Source of the DNA: a virus
Lineage: Duplodnaviria; Caudoviricetes
Length of the DNA: 36,681 nt
Strand: one strand, 5' to 3'
IMG/VR virus record: IMGVR_UViG_3300020151_002519
Span: 1 to 36,681 of that record
In this document: piece after piece, positions 26,430 to 34,026 of the stretch
How the letters are laid out: each line of letters opens with the position of its first letter
Numbering within the stretch: the stretch's first letter is position 1
Notes under the pieces: model-generated
What the model was told of the DNA's origin: nothing
What the model saw: the letters and a program-made list of their open reading frames with translations, nothing else
The model's database searches: none
Program-made: the position numbers and the translations under genes

Positions 26430-28126
26430 GCAGGTTTGCGGGGTGAGATGCCGGTGAGTTCTTCGAAGATGGCTGCGCCTTGTTGGTAGCGCTCGGTGCT
26501 GTTGTGGACGGCATACACTTCGTCCCAGCCTTTGCCTTCGTTGAAGAACGGATGATGGTGCTCGATGACGATGTGGGAGGCGTCGATGACGATGCCGTCG
26601 CGGTAGGCGATCCAGGAGTGGTAGTCGTCACTGAAGACGCTCTTGAAACGCGGATGGAGGAAGAATCCCTGCTGCGCGTAGCGGGCGCGGTTCATGACGG
26701 CGATGCAGAGCAGGTCATCGGTGCGGTGACCATCGGAGACGCGGAGGACGGCGGGTTTGCCAGGCTCCTCGGCGCAGGTGAAGGCTTCCTCGATCAGTTT
26801 ATCCCAGTGCATGGGCGGCTCGAAGTCGTCGTTGATCTGGACGAGGATCTCACCGCAGGAGGCGGCGGCGGCGAGGTTCCACGCGCCGACGCTGGCTCCT
26901 TCCTTGTTGGTTTGGATGACGTGGCGATAGACGCAGAGCGGGAGACTGTCGCCATCGTCGAAATCGATGGCGAAGAGGTGCTCCACGCGATCGGGATGCG
27001 CGGCGCGGTTCAGCCACTGGCGGCGGGCATCGGCGGCGAGCTTTGGACGGCCGCGCGTGGCATGCAGGAGGCTGATGACGGGATGCGGCTGGGCTTTGAG
27101 ATGATTGATCTCGCGCACATCGGCCTCGGGGAAGCGTCCATTGGCGCGGAGGGCCATGGCGTGGAGCTGGATGCCGAGCCAGCCGTAGTATTTGCCGCGG
27201 CGATTCCAGATGTATTCCGGCGGATCGCTGAGGCCGTGCATGGCCTCGGCATAGGCGAGGGCTCCGCGCGGATCGGCGAGGCGGAGCTTGGTGTTGACCA
27301 TCTCGCCATAGGCCTCGCGGCGGTAGGGGACGGCGTTGAGAGCTTGCAGGAGGTATTGCTCCTGCGCTTTGGGATTCGTGGCGACTTGCGCGATGTTGAT
27401 CATGAGCTCGTAGCCTTCCTCGGGGCCGATGTCCGGATGCTTGAGGGCTTGCTGCGCGATCTGCACGCCTTCTTCAATGCGTCCGACGAAACGGAGGCTT
27501 TGCCAGAGGTGGAAGAGGTGCGAGAGCGTGCGCTCGGCGGGCGGGATGCTTTCGAGGATGCGCAGGTTGCGTTCGTTGTTCGGCGTGCGGTCTTTGTGCG
27601 TGGCGTGGTGCCACTCCGGAGCGTCCTGGACGATCACGCGCGGCTTTTCCATGTTCACCTTGAAGCTCTCATGGATAGGCGAAACCCACGCGCCGGAATC
27701 GCGGCGCAGGATGCGCTCGCGCAGGACGCGGAGCTGATCCTCCGGCACGACGTAGGGCAGGGTGACGACGTCGGGGCGCTCCTCGGCTATGCGTTTGCGC
27801 AGCGCCTGCCATTGCTCCAGCGTGCCGCCATAGACATCGTCGGTGTCTGCCCAGGCAATGTAGTGGCCGGTGGCGAGCTTGAAGGCGAGATTGCGCGCGG
27901 CGGCGAAGTCATCGACGTGCGGCCAATCGTGCTCCGGTTTGTTGCGGTAGGACGCGCAGACGCAGCCACGCGCCTCGGCGATGTCGAGCGTGGCATCGGG
28001 CGTTTGGTTGCCGATGGCGCGCACGACGATGATCTCATCGAAGAGCGGCTGGAAGGAGTCGAGAAAGCGCGGCATCCAGTGCTCCACGTTTCCGGCGATG
28101 ATGGCGAGGCTGATTTTCATGGACAT
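26426..28126 (-). CDS. Glycosyltransferase GT2-TPR-GT2
   Basis: DFAAARN..WADTDD..IHE N-terminal GT2; central TPR-like helices (PYRREAY); second GT-A domain ISLLHATRGRP..INDDF. Confidence 0.88.
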   Translation of the reverse strand: MSMKISLAIIAGNVEHWMPRFLDSFQPLFDEIIVVRAIGNQTPDATLDIAEARGCVCASYRNKPEHDWPHVDDFAAARNLAFKLATGHYIAWADTDDVYGGTLEQWQALRKRIAEERPDVVTLPYVVPEDQLRVLRERILRRDSGAWVSPIHESFKVNMEKPRVIVQDAPEWHHATHKDRTPNNERNLRILESIPPAERTLSHLFHLWQSLRFVGRIEEGVQIAQQALKHPDIGPEEGYELMINIAQVATNPKAQEQYLLQALNAVPYRREAYGEMVNTKLRLADPRGALAYAEAMHGLSDPPEYIWNRRGKYYGWLGIQLHAMALRANGRFPEADVREINHLKAQPHPVISLLHATRGRPKLAADARRQWLNRAAHPDRVEHLFAIDFDDGDSLPLCVYRHVIQTNKEGASVGAWNLAAAASCGEILVQINDDFEPPMHWDKLIEEAFTCAEEPGKPAVLRVSDGHRTDDLLCIAVMNRARYAQQGFFLHPRFKSVFSDDYHSWIAYRDGIVIDASHIVIEHHHPFFNEGKGWDEVYAVHNSTERYQQGAAIFEELTGISPRKPA

Positions 28127-28162
28127 AAAAAAAACCCGCGCCGGTGGTGCTCCGAACGCGGG
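28127..28162 (-). terminator. Intrinsic terminator after the major capsid gene
   Basis: CCCGCG..CGCGGG stem plus U8, abutting the glycosyltransferase start codon. Confidence 0.7.
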
Positions 28163-28234
28163 CGGGATTGCTCCCAGAGTGATGAACCGCCCGGCGCGAG
28201 CACCAATCGCGACGGGCGGGAGATTTGCTGACGA

Positions 28235-29128
28235 TTAGGTCGTCGGCGTGGTGAAGAGTTTAACGGCTCCGGTGACGGCGGCGCTGTAACCGAAGAGGAC
28301 GTGCGTGTTGATGAACCACTTGCCGCTGGAGCGATTCCAGTGGCGGGTGTAGAGCATGCTGATGCCGGAGTCGGCATCGACATACTGCTCGAACGCGGAG
28401 TATTCCTCCTGCGGCAGATAGTTGCCGAGGTTGCGCATGGCGACCGCGACACCTTCCTGACCGGCAACGAAGCCGATGAGGCTGATGCTGTTCGTGGGCA
28501 GGACGTCGGTGCCGTAGATGTCCATGCCGAAGAGCTTGCCCAGCGTGCCTTCCTTGATGGCGTTGCTGTCGCCGCGATTGAGCGCCAGCGTGATGTTGGT
28601 GTCGCTGAGCAGAGCGGCTTCGACGCCAAGATTACCCACGAAGGCTTTCTGGCCACGCACACCGGCGGCGATCATCTGCTTGCGGGCTTCGATCAGCTGC
28701 GTGCGGCTGTAATTGGCGGAAGCAGTGGTGAGCACGGCCGCGCCGAAGTTCGTGGTGGTGAGGACGCTGAAGACATCCTGCAGGAGCTTGTTGGCCGTGG
28801 CCTGCGCGAGCTGCATGCCGAAGGCGTCGATGCGGCGGGCATTGGAGCTGTCGGCGATCTGCTGCGGGGTGAGATCGACGGGCGTGATGTAGCGCTTGTC
28901 CATCGTGACGGTGATGGCGCTGATGGTGCCGCCTGTGCCTTCATAGGCGGACGCGCCCTGCACGAAGGACGTGGAGGTCACGTTGCCGAAGAGCGGCACC
29001 ACCACGGCGGAGCCGGGGGCGACGACCTCGGAGGAGAGGTCGGTGGAGAAAATGTTGAGCGGGAGCAGAATGTCCACCAGCTGCTGGAAGACCGTCTGGC
29101 CGAAGAGGGTGTCGTTGAACGTGGTCAT
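28235..29128 (-). CDS. Major capsid protein (HK97 fold)
   Basis: 297 aa after the protease/scaffold; PGSAVVVP, G.LGKLFGMDIY and LFGY motifs; followed by a terminator. Confidence 0.85.
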   Translation of the reverse strand: MTTFNDTLFGQTVFQQLVDILLPLNIFSTDLSSEVVAPGSAVVVPLFGNVTSTSFVQGASAYEGTGGTISAITVTMDKRYITPVDLTPQQIADSSNARRIDAFGMQLAQATANKLLQDVFSVLTTTNFGAAVLTTASANYSRTQLIEARKQMIAAGVRGQKAFVGNLGVEAALLSDTNITLALNRGDSNAIKEGTLGKLFGMDIYGTDVLPTNSISLIGFVAGQEGVAVAMRNLGNYLPQEEYSAFEQYVDADSGISMLYTRHWNRSSGKWFINTHVLFGYSAAVTGAVKLFTTPTT

Positions 29129-29180
29129 GATGACGTGTGGATGTGGGGTGGCGGGTTACAGGTGGATGGGAAGTGTCAAA

Positions 29181-30272
29181 TCAGGCGGCGGCCTGGAAGA
29201 GATTGGAGGGCTTGCGCAGCTCATCGCGGTGCTTGTTGTAGAAGCGCGTGCGCTCGGCGGCATCGGTGATGGCGGCGTATTGCTCGGCGATGCTCATCTG
29301 TTCTTTCGGCTTGCTGTTGTGGATCGGCGCACCACCACCAGCAGCAGCGGCGGGGCCGTTGGTGATAAGGGCTTTGATAAGGCCGAGTTCGGTTTCCAGC
29401 GCGGTGATCTTAGCTTTGTCGGCCGCACCAGTGACAACGAGAGCATTGGCGATGCGCTGGTCGATGGATGCGGTGACCTGCGGATCTTCGATGTTGATGT
29501 CGAAGGCGGGTTTCCAGCCGTCGATGGCGGCGAGGATCTGGTCTTCGGTGGCGTTGTCGGCGAAGGCGATGCCGATCTTTTTGGCAAGAGCGAGGAGTGC
29601 TTTCATTTGTGCTGGGGTGAGGGTGTCAGAATCGGTATGGGCCGTGGATGGCGCGGAGGTGTCAAACAGGGCGGCGGGGCGGTGCGTGAGCTGCGCGGTG
29701 ATGCGGCTGCCTTTGAAGGCGCTGGCGCTGAGGGCGACGGCATCGGTGACTTCATCGGCGAATCCTTGCGCGACGGCTTCTTCGCCGGTGAGCCAGGTCT
29801 CGGCATCCATCATGGCGGTGAGGTCTTCGTCGCTCTTTTTGGTGCGGTCGCGGTAGGCGGCGATGAGCGAGCCTTTGAGCTTGTCGAGCAGATCCGCGAG
29901 CTGGCGCATATCGGCCGCATCCCCCATGGCGAAGCCGCTGGGGTTGTGGATCATGAGGTAGGCGTTGCGCGGCATGCTGATGCGCGTGCCAGCCATGGCG
30001 ATCACGCTGGCCATGGAGGCGGCGAGGCCTTCGATGCGGACGTTGACGTTGCCGCGGGCCTTCAGCGCATGATAGATGGCAAGACCATCGAAAACTTCAC
30101 CGCCGGGCGAGTGCAGTGAGAGAGTGAGCGGACGGCCTGCCGGGATGTTTTTGAGCTGGCCGAGGAAATCTTTGGCGCTGATGCCCCAGGCTCCGATTTC
30201 ATCGTGGATGGAAATTTCGGCAGCGGGTGCATCGGCGGCGTTGGTGATGGTGAACCAGGTTTTGCGGGACAT
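29181..30272 (-). CDS. ClpP-like (S14) prohead protease with C-terminal scaffold
   Basis: HSPGGEVFDG, GLAASMASVI, MIHNP, ETWLTGEEAVAQGFAD. Confidence 0.92.
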   Translation of the reverse strand: MSRKTWFTITNAADAPAAEISIHDEIGAWGISAKDFLGQLKNIPAGRPLTLSLHSPGGEVFDGLAIYHALKARGNVNVRIEGLAASMASVIAMAGTRISMPRNAYLMIHNPSGFAMGDAADMRQLADLLDKLKGSLIAAYRDRTKKSDEDLTAMMDAETWLTGEEAVAQGFADEVTDAVALSASAFKGSRITAQLTHRPAALFDTSAPSTAHTDSDTLTPAQMKALLALAKKIGIAFADNATEDQILAAIDGWKPAFDINIEDPQVTASIDQRIANALVVTGAADKAKITALETELGLIKALITNGPAAAAGGGAPIHNSKPKEQMSIAEQYAAITDAAERTRFYNKHRDELRKPSNLFQAAA

Positions 30273-30323
30273 GATGCCCGCGGGGTGTCAAAGACGGACG
30301 GGGAGGATGCACCACAGAGAGGG

Positions 30324-30368
30324 GATAACCGCAGAGATGAGGCTTTGAAGAATTTCTCTGCGGTTATC
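30324..30368. repeat. 14-bp inverted repeat (REP/terminator-like)
   Basis: GATAACCGCAGAGA..TCTCTGCGGTTATC at the edge of the low-GC island. Confidence 0.7.
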
Positions 30369-30584
30369 TTAAGTTTTAGCCTTTTTCAACGGTAGTGCGG
30401 CGCGGCCTGGTCCTATGTTAAATTCACCACACCAGTCCGTAGCCACAACACGCGGCCATCCCTCATCATTTCGAGGAGCATAGCGATGACAACGACCATG
30501 CCAAGGCACACCCTTTTCAGCCCGTGGAAATTCTCCGGCGTCCATGTATTTGCAGTCGTGACAGGTTGGAAGAATGTTTTTCAT
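30369..30584 (-). CDS. Small Cys-rich hypothetical protein
   Basis: CHDCKY..GRCHRYAP..WP.V...DWCGEF; low GC. Confidence 0.7.
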   Translation of the reverse strand: MKNILPTCHDCKYMDAGEFPRAEKGVPWHGRCHRYAPRNDEGWPRVVATDWCGEFNIGPGRAALPLKKAKT

Positions 30585-30593
30585 GTTATAGCC

Positions 30594-31121
30594 TTATTTT
30601 TTCCACCAGTTAGCAGGATCGTCTTTTTCTCGCCGGGATGCTTCTTCATTGTCCCAAATTGAATCACGATAACGAGACTTGCTTTCTTTCTTTTTATCTG
30701 CACCTGCCACACGATCGTGATTTAAAAAGGGGAACCGTTTTTCTTTTAATTTTCGAAGATCGCCAGACTCCCATTCATTTGCCGCGATTTGAGCGATTCG
30801 CTCTGCAAGTGTTCCTGACACGCAAGGTGCCACGTTTAAAATGTGGCAAAATGTGGCCCCAAAGCGGCAGGCTGAAAGGGTTCGGCTGTATTCCCTGGCG
30901 GCTGCAACTACTTGACGCATGCCGCTTTCCGTCAGCATGTTGTATCGAGATGGATATTGAACATTTTTCCAATACTCTCCCATGTGCATGGAAACAATGT
31001 GACGAGTTTTCAGAAACTCAACCCTCACATAAGGAATGGGATTTTCGCGAGACCATGGAAAAATCACATCTTTCCATGATTGGTCGATAAACACCGGCAC
31101 TTGGAACTTTTTTTCAGGCAT
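30594..31121 (-). CDS. Hypothetical protein (low-GC insertion)
   Basis: ATG 4 nt after the portal stop; AT-rich codons. Confidence 0.6.
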   Translation of the reverse strand: MPEKKFQVPVFIDQSWKDVIFPWSRENPIPYVRVEFLKTRHIVSMHMGEYWKNVQYPSRYNMLTESGMRQVVAAAREYSRTLSACRFGATFCHILNVAPCVSGTLAERIAQIAANEWESGDLRKLKEKRFPFLNHDRVAGADKKKESKSRYRDSIWDNEEASRREKDDPANWWKK

Positions 31122-31125
31122 ACAT

Positions 31126-32727
31126 TTATTTGTCATCCATGGCGGCGAGGTCTTGCGCGAGGGTCTCGGGGCTGAGGGTGGTGAGGAGGCTGCTGGAGCT
31201 GCTGGTGCGCTGGCCGAGGGCGAGGACGGTGGCGATACTGGGGGGTATGCCGCGCTCTTTGGCTCGCTCGATGGCGTAGCTGATGAGGTGGAGCTTTTGA
31301 TCGATGGCGGCTTCGCGGGTGCGCTGGCCGTCGTTGCCGGTGAGGAGCTCGACGAGGTCGTTGGGACTGATGAGGTTTTCACCCATGCGCTCCATCTGCG
31401 CTTTGTGATCGCGGCCGGCATCAGCGGAGGGATCGGGATCGGTGACGAAGTCGATGACGTTCCAATCCTCGACGGCTGCGTATTGGAACAACGGGCCGCC
31501 GGGCAGCATGGCGGTGGCGATGACTTTTTCCCAGATCCATTGGATGAGCGGATAAAGTTTCTGGCGGAGGCCTTCGTGGGCTCGCTTCACCTGCTCGAGC
31601 AGGCCGCGGTATTCGGTGCCGCCGACTTTGCCGCGCATGAAGATCCACTCTGGCGGGTAGCCGAATTCGAAGATGAAGGGGTGCAGCAGGTCTTCGAGTA
31701 TCTGCTTGAAGGGCACGCCTTCGTTGGGGTTGTTGAAAAAATTGAACTGCTCGCTGTCGGAGAGGGGGATGAAAACGGCTCCTTCGCCGAGTTCGACGAA
31801 ACGGCGGCCGGTGTCGGCGGCTGGGGTGCCGGATTGCTCGGCGGTGAGCACCTGCTGCATGGCGTTGAGCACTTTACCGTCTTTGGTGACGGTGGCTCCG
31901 AGGAGGGCGGCGCGGACTTTGGCGCTGTGTTTGCGCAAGGCTTTCAGATCGAGCACGTCGAGCAGGTCTTTGCCAGCGGCGAAGATGGCGGGGTCGCCGT
32001 GGTATTGATTGATGCGGCCGCTGTCTTTGAGGTGGAAGACGGCTGGGTAGCCTTTGGCGTCGATGGCGGGCAGGTCGCGGTATTTGCTGGCGGTGCCGAG
32101 TGCGGTGAGGCCGTCGTCGATGTTGAGGCGCAGCTTGATGAGCTGGTCGAGGCCATTGTAGAAAAGGCCGTCGATGCAGCGCGCGGTGCGTGCATCGGTA
32201 ACGTCGCCATTGGTGAGCTGGTCGCGCGTGATGTTTTGCAGCTGGAAGGCGCGCTTGGATTTGTCGTTGAGGCTCCAGCCGAGGCCCATGGGCTCGAAGA
32301 TGGGCAGCACAAACACCTCGCCATCGCCGAGCATGCCGGAGAGCCAGGTGCTCTGAAGCTGGAAGAAGGTCTGCTGCTTGCGGATGTCCACGGCGGGCGA
32401 GTCGGCCCATTTGAGGAAGAGCGCGGTGGCATCGCGGGCGAAGTCGGCATTCGTGCTGATGCTTTTCGCTCCGATGCCTTTGCCGACGGCCTCGCGCGGG
32501 AGCTGGCGGCACGCGTAGCGCACCTGCGGGATGCCGTTCTCGCTTTGCAGGAAGCGACTGATTTGCACGATGTCCTTGGATCGCTGAATGCGCTCGAGCG
32601 ATTTGTTGCTCCACGGCTGCCAGGTGGGCATGCTGCGATATCCACCGGAGGATGCTGGGAGCGCCGCGTTGGTGATCGGTGCGGCGGGCGCGGTGGCGCT
32701 GGGGGATTTTTTGCGACGGGAACTCAT
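31126..32727 (-). CDS. Portal protein, lambda family
   Basis: 533 aa; AVGKGI, DGEVF and QYHGDP motifs; follows the gpW-like gene. Confidence 0.85.
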   Translation of the reverse strand: MSSRRKKSPSATAPAAPITNAALPASSGGYRSMPTWQPWSNKSLERIQRSKDIVQISRFLQSENGIPQVRYACRQLPREAVGKGIGAKSISTNADFARDATALFLKWADSPAVDIRKQQTFFQLQSTWLSGMLGDGEVFVLPIFEPMGLGWSLNDKSKRAFQLQNITRDQLTNGDVTDARTARCIDGLFYNGLDQLIKLRLNIDDGLTALGTASKYRDLPAIDAKGYPAVFHLKDSGRINQYHGDPAIFAAGKDLLDVLDLKALRKHSAKVRAALLGATVTKDGKVLNAMQQVLTAEQSGTPAADTGRRFVELGEGAVFIPLSDSEQFNFFNNPNEGVPFKQILEDLLHPFIFEFGYPPEWIFMRGKVGGTEYRGLLEQVKRAHEGLRQKLYPLIQWIWEKVIATAMLPGGPLFQYAAVEDWNVIDFVTDPDPSADAGRDHKAQMERMGENLISPNDLVELLTGNDGQRTREAAIDQKLHLISYAIERAKERGIPPSIATVLALGQRTSSSSSLLTTLSPETLAQDLAAMDDK

Positions 32728-32729
32728 GA

Positions 32730-33074
32730 TCAGATGCGGTCGAGAACTTCAGCGGGGGCGCAGCCGGAGCCGAAACGGATGCCGAAGGGACGGGAGAGGG
32801 ACTTGGCGACATCGCCGGCGATTTCGCTTTCGACTTCCTCGATGGCGCGTTGCAGGGCCATGCGGCGCTGATCGGGCGAGGAGTCCCGGAACTGCGCGGA
32901 ATGCGAGGAGCCAGCGAAGGAGGTGGCGGTGATCTCCGCGCCGCTGCGGTCCTCGGCGAGGAGCAGGTATTGCTCGGTGAGCCATTTGAGCTGCTCACTT
33001 TGATCGCCGGGGTGCAGAATCCGCGCGTGGAATCGGTAGTCGGATGTCAGGTCTGCGATATTGACGGCGGGCAT
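32730..33074 (-). CDS. Head completion protein (gpW position)
   Basis: 114 aa between terminase and portal; SFAGSSHSAQF then a helix. Confidence 0.55.
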   Translation of the reverse strand: MPAVNIADLTSDYRFHARILHPGDQSEQLKWLTEQYLLLAEDRSGAEITATSFAGSSHSAQFRDSSPDQRRMALQRAIEEVESEIAGDVAKSLSRPFGIRFGSGCAPAEVLDRI

Positions 33075-33100
33075 GACGGCGCGGTCATGTCAAAAAACGC

Positions 33101-33159
33101 GGCGAACGTGCGCTGCGCCGAACTGAGCTAGGGCTCAGTCGGCGAGCTGGGTGTTCGTC
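33101..33159 (+). mobile_element. attC-like site C (59 bp)
   Basis: R'' GGCGAAC, L'' GCT(G)CGCCG(A)ACTGAGC, L' GCTCAGTCGGCGAGC, R' GTTCGTC. Confidence 0.8.
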
Positions 33160-33713
33160 TTATGAAATGCCACCCAGTGAGTCTGCGCTTTCTTGCCGCT
33201 CCGGTGGCCGTAGAGAGGGCGTTCTGGCGTGAGCGCCAGCACTTCGCGGAGCGGGATTTCCGCCTCGCACCATTTGAAGATCATCGTTCCATTCACCTTC
33301 AGGACACGGAAGCATTCAGCGAATCCCGCCCGCAGGTCGTCGCGCCATGTCGCATCCAGCAGTCCGAAATCGAAGGCGATGCGTCCCGTTGCCCCCGCTC
33401 CTTTGTGGAAGTGCGGCGGATCGAATACCACATGCCAGAACGTCTCGTCAGGGAACGGCATGTTTCGGAAATCCGCCACCATGTCAGGCGCAACGGTTTT
33501 CGGCGTGCGTCCGATTGTGCCGGGAGTTCCAACGTCTATGATTCGCGTCCCCTCCCGCTTGTCCACATAGAGGGCGCGGGCGTCCTGCTTATCGAACCAG
33601 AACATGCGAGTAGAGCAGCACGCATCCAAGACCGGAGGCAAAGACGAACAAGGCGCTGCATGGAACGCCGAGGAGCGTCCTTCTTGAAGCGGAGATTTAG
33701 GGTCGGCGTCCAT
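33135..33713 (-). CDS. Class I SAM-dependent (probable DNA adenine) methyltransferase, cassette 1
   Basis: LDACC..RMFWFDK, VVFDPPH, ECFRVLK..G..IFKW. Confidence 0.85.
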   Translation of the reverse strand: MDADPKSPLQEGRSSAFHAAPCSSLPPVLDACCSTRMFWFDKQDARALYVDKREGTRIIDVGTPGTIGRTPKTVAPDMVADFRNMPFPDETFWHVVFDPPHFHKGAGATGRIAFDFGLLDATWRDDLRAGFAECFRVLKVNGTMIFKWCEAEIPLREVLALTPERPLYGHRSGKKAQTHWVAFHKTNTQLAD

Positions 33714-33729
33714 GAGCTATGCGTTCCCC
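33643..33729 (+). mobile_element. attC-like site D (87 bp)
   Basis: GACGAAC-AAGGC-GCT(G)CATGG(A)ACGCCGA..TCGGCGTCCATGAGC-TATGC-GTTCCCC. Confidence 0.85.
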
Positions 33730-33992
33730 TTTGTGAATTTGAAGCCATCGATGAACAGCATGAGGAAACCAGCCTTGGCGTCGAAGTCGTCTCTCTGCTT
33801 TTGGTTCCACTGTGCTCGCGGCCCATACCAGCCTTCGTGGTATTCGATGAGCCATGAAACCATCGCAGACATTTTATCGGCCCTCGAAGGAGAACACGGC
33901 ACGGCAGCTAACCCCATAGGGCCATCTGTCGCAGGTCGAGAGTCTGCCGCTTCGGCGGCGGGTGCTGGTAGTGGTGAGTCCATCGTGGTCAT
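33717..33992 (-). CDS. Hypothetical protein, cassette 2
   Basis: 91 aa; N-terminal third encoded by attC-E. Confidence 0.55.
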   Translation of the reverse strand: MTTMDSPLPAPAAEAADSRPATDGPMGLAAVPCSPSRADKMSAMVSWLIEYHEGWYGPRAQWNQKQRDDFDAKAGFLMLFIDGFKFTKGNA

Positions 33993-34025
33993 GCCCTATG
34001 GGGTTGCTGCGTTTGGTCGTTCGCC
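33889..34025 (+). mobile_element. attC-like site E (137 bp)
   Basis: GGAGAAC-ACGGC-ACG(G)CAGC(T)AACCCCATAGGGC..GCCCTATGGGGTTGCTGCGT-TTGGTC-GTTCGCC. Confidence 0.85.
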
Positions 34026-34026
34026 G

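Noticed and set aside
15168-33093. Late TTGACA motifs as ordinary sigma70 -35 boxes
   Set aside because: The -10 position would fall inside the coding sequence and no TAnnnT box is evident there; only the 11093 copy has a normal promoter context
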